From Laetmonice hystrix (taxonomy: Eukaryota): 64,000 nucleotides of DNA. A program made the position numbers and the translations under genes. The notes under the pieces were generated by a model. That model ran no database searches. It was not told the DNA's origin and worked only from the letters and a program-made list of their open reading frames with translations. Position 1 is the first letter of the stretch; each line of letters starts with the position of its first letter. The stretch covers positions 48,672,001 to 48,736,000 of the forward strand of contig OZ249436.1 in NCBI GenBank assembly GCA_965235115.1, read 5' to 3'. Positions 62,666 through 64,000 of the stretch are shown one piece after another.

Positions 62666-64000
62666 TTATGTTTGACTCTCTAAAATCACACAACATCTCT
62701 GAACAGAACGCTTGTATTCACCAGTCTTTGTACGCACCTTTACATTTCTGACAATACCGTCATCACCTGGGAATACCTCCATGACTTTTGCTAGATCCCA
62801 CTTACCACGTGGGGTATCACGATTTGTTAATGATACAACATCTCCTACACAAACTTGCCTCCCCTTTAATCTCCACTTTGACCGTCTCATCAGGGTAGGG
62901 ACATACTCCTGTATGAACCGGTTCCAGATGCGATCCACGAGTGCTTGCACAAACTCGAATCTTTTATGGAGATTCTTGGTCTCTTCGAAGGGTCCCTGCG
63001 GGATCTCTGCAGTGGCGCGTCCCAGGACGAAGTGATTAGGCGTCAGGGGTTGGGGATCGTTTGGATCTTCTGAAGACTGTGAGATAGGTCGAGAATTCAC
63101 TAAACACTCAACCTCGGCGAACACTGTAGACATTTCGTTCCAGGTGAGAGTCTGCTCGCCGATCGCTCCTTTGATGGCGGACTTTACTTGCTTGATCAGA
63201 CTTTCATAGAAGCCTCCTTGGTGTGGGCTGAGAGGCGTTATGAACTTCCATTTGACCTTGTGGAGCATCGCAAACTCCTGTAAGCGCTTCCTCCCCTCCG
63301 TGACCAGTTTCTTCAGCTCCTTTTCAGCTCCAACGAAAGATGAACCATTGTCGGAGATAATTGTAGATGGCCATCCATGGTGTGCGACAAATCGCCGCAA
63401 GGCTTGCAAGAATGCTGGTGTAGACAAGTTTTCCACGATCTCTACATGAACGGCTCTTACGGTTGCACAGGTGAAGATTGCTCCCCATGCTTTGATGGTC
63501 TTGTTCCTCCCGTACTTCAGAAGGAATGGCCCAAATAGATCGACTCCTGTCGTCGTGAAGGGCGGGGCGAACGTCTTTAAACGATCAGCAGGGAGATCCG
63601 CCATGAGTGTTGTGTGGGCTGGTTGACGTAACTTCCTGCATACAACACAACTTCTCACCGTTTGCTTTGCCAGGTTCCTCCCCTTCGTTATCCAGAATTG
63701 TCGCCTGCTGTGACATAGCGTCCTCTCCGAGCCGGGATGACCTAACTTCTGGTGGATGTCCCTCACGATCAACTTAGATACTGTGTGTGATGCTGGAATG
63801 AGTACAGGGTGGACTTGATCGTAGTCCAGTGTTGATCTTCTCAGCCGCCCTCCAACTCTAACGATATCTTCCTCCAGGAATGGGGTAAGGCTGGCGTAGT
63901 CTTTCCAGTCACCTAGGCTCCCTTGGGCTATGGATACCCAATACTTCTCTGCTGCCTCCAGCTCGTCTGGTGACAAGGTGTCGGTTGTTCTTCTGGAGTC
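62666..64000 (-). CDS. BEL/Pao retrotransposon Pol C-terminus (integrase), 5'-truncated by the window edge
   Basis: The frame is open to the window end. It has a zinc-binding HQKLGH...CVVC, the DDE core GVDLFGP / ISDNGSSF / GGFYESLIK and the BEL-typical C-terminal LTPNHF...WNRFIQEYV...PRGKW region. Confidence 0.95.
   Translation of the reverse strand, partial: DSRRTTDTLSPDELEAAEKYWVSIAQGSLGDWKDYASLTPFLEEDIVRVGGRLRRSTLDYDQVHPVLIPASHTVSKLIVRDIHQKLGHPGSERTLCHSRRQFWITKGRNLAKQTVRSCVVCRKLRQPAHTTLMADLPADRLKTFAPPFTTTGVDLFGPFLLKYGRNKTIKAWGAIFTCATVRAVHVEIVENLSTPAFLQALRRFVAHHGWPSTIISDNGSSFVGAEKELKKLVTEGRKRLQEFAMLHKVKWKFITPLSPHQGGFYESLIKQVKSAIKGAIGEQTLTWNEMSTVFAEVECLVNSRPISQSSEDPNDPQPLTPNHFVLGRATAEIPQGPFEETKNLHKRFEFVQALVDRIWNRFIQEYVPTLMRRSKWRLKGRQVCVGDVVSLTNRDTPRGKWDLAKVMEVFPGDDGIVRNVKVRTKTGEYKRSVQRCCVILESQT

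Overview
This is animal (probably invertebrate) genomic DNA with spliceosomal introns. I see no prokaryotic features and no CRISPR array. (1) 1-19.6 kb is apparently non-coding and packed with unrelated minisatellites, a ~740-bp (TTC)n tract and SINE remnants; it is probably one long intron. (2) 19638-20568 (+) holds the last three coding exons of a diacylglycerol kinase epsilon (DGKE) gene, whose stop-codon region is itself the first unit of a 44-bp minisatellite. (3) 25837-32477 (+) is a complete four-exon meteorin/METRNL-family gene (314 aa from the signal-peptide ATG, 10 Cys). (4) 33697-33770 (-) is a tRNA-Asn(GTT) gene. (5) 38688-40746 is a 2.06-kb non-autonomous DNA transposon with CAC termini, 52-bp perfect TIRs and a 5-bp TSD, the Transib/RAG-like signature. 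(6) 43979-62067 is an ~18-kb tandem array of an ~850-860-bp unit with higher-order structure and a Harbinger-like MITE insertion. (7) The array is interrupted by a BEL/Pao LTR retrotransposon (LTR plus integrase) that runs off the window end. The least expected pattern is a strong regional excess of TA-(N3-5)-TA words (TAGGCCTA, TAGATCTA, TACATGTA and relatives). Paralogous copies inside the window show TAGGCCTA arising as an insertion at a TA, like a transposon excision footprint. All homology calls come from motif recognition by eye, not database searches.
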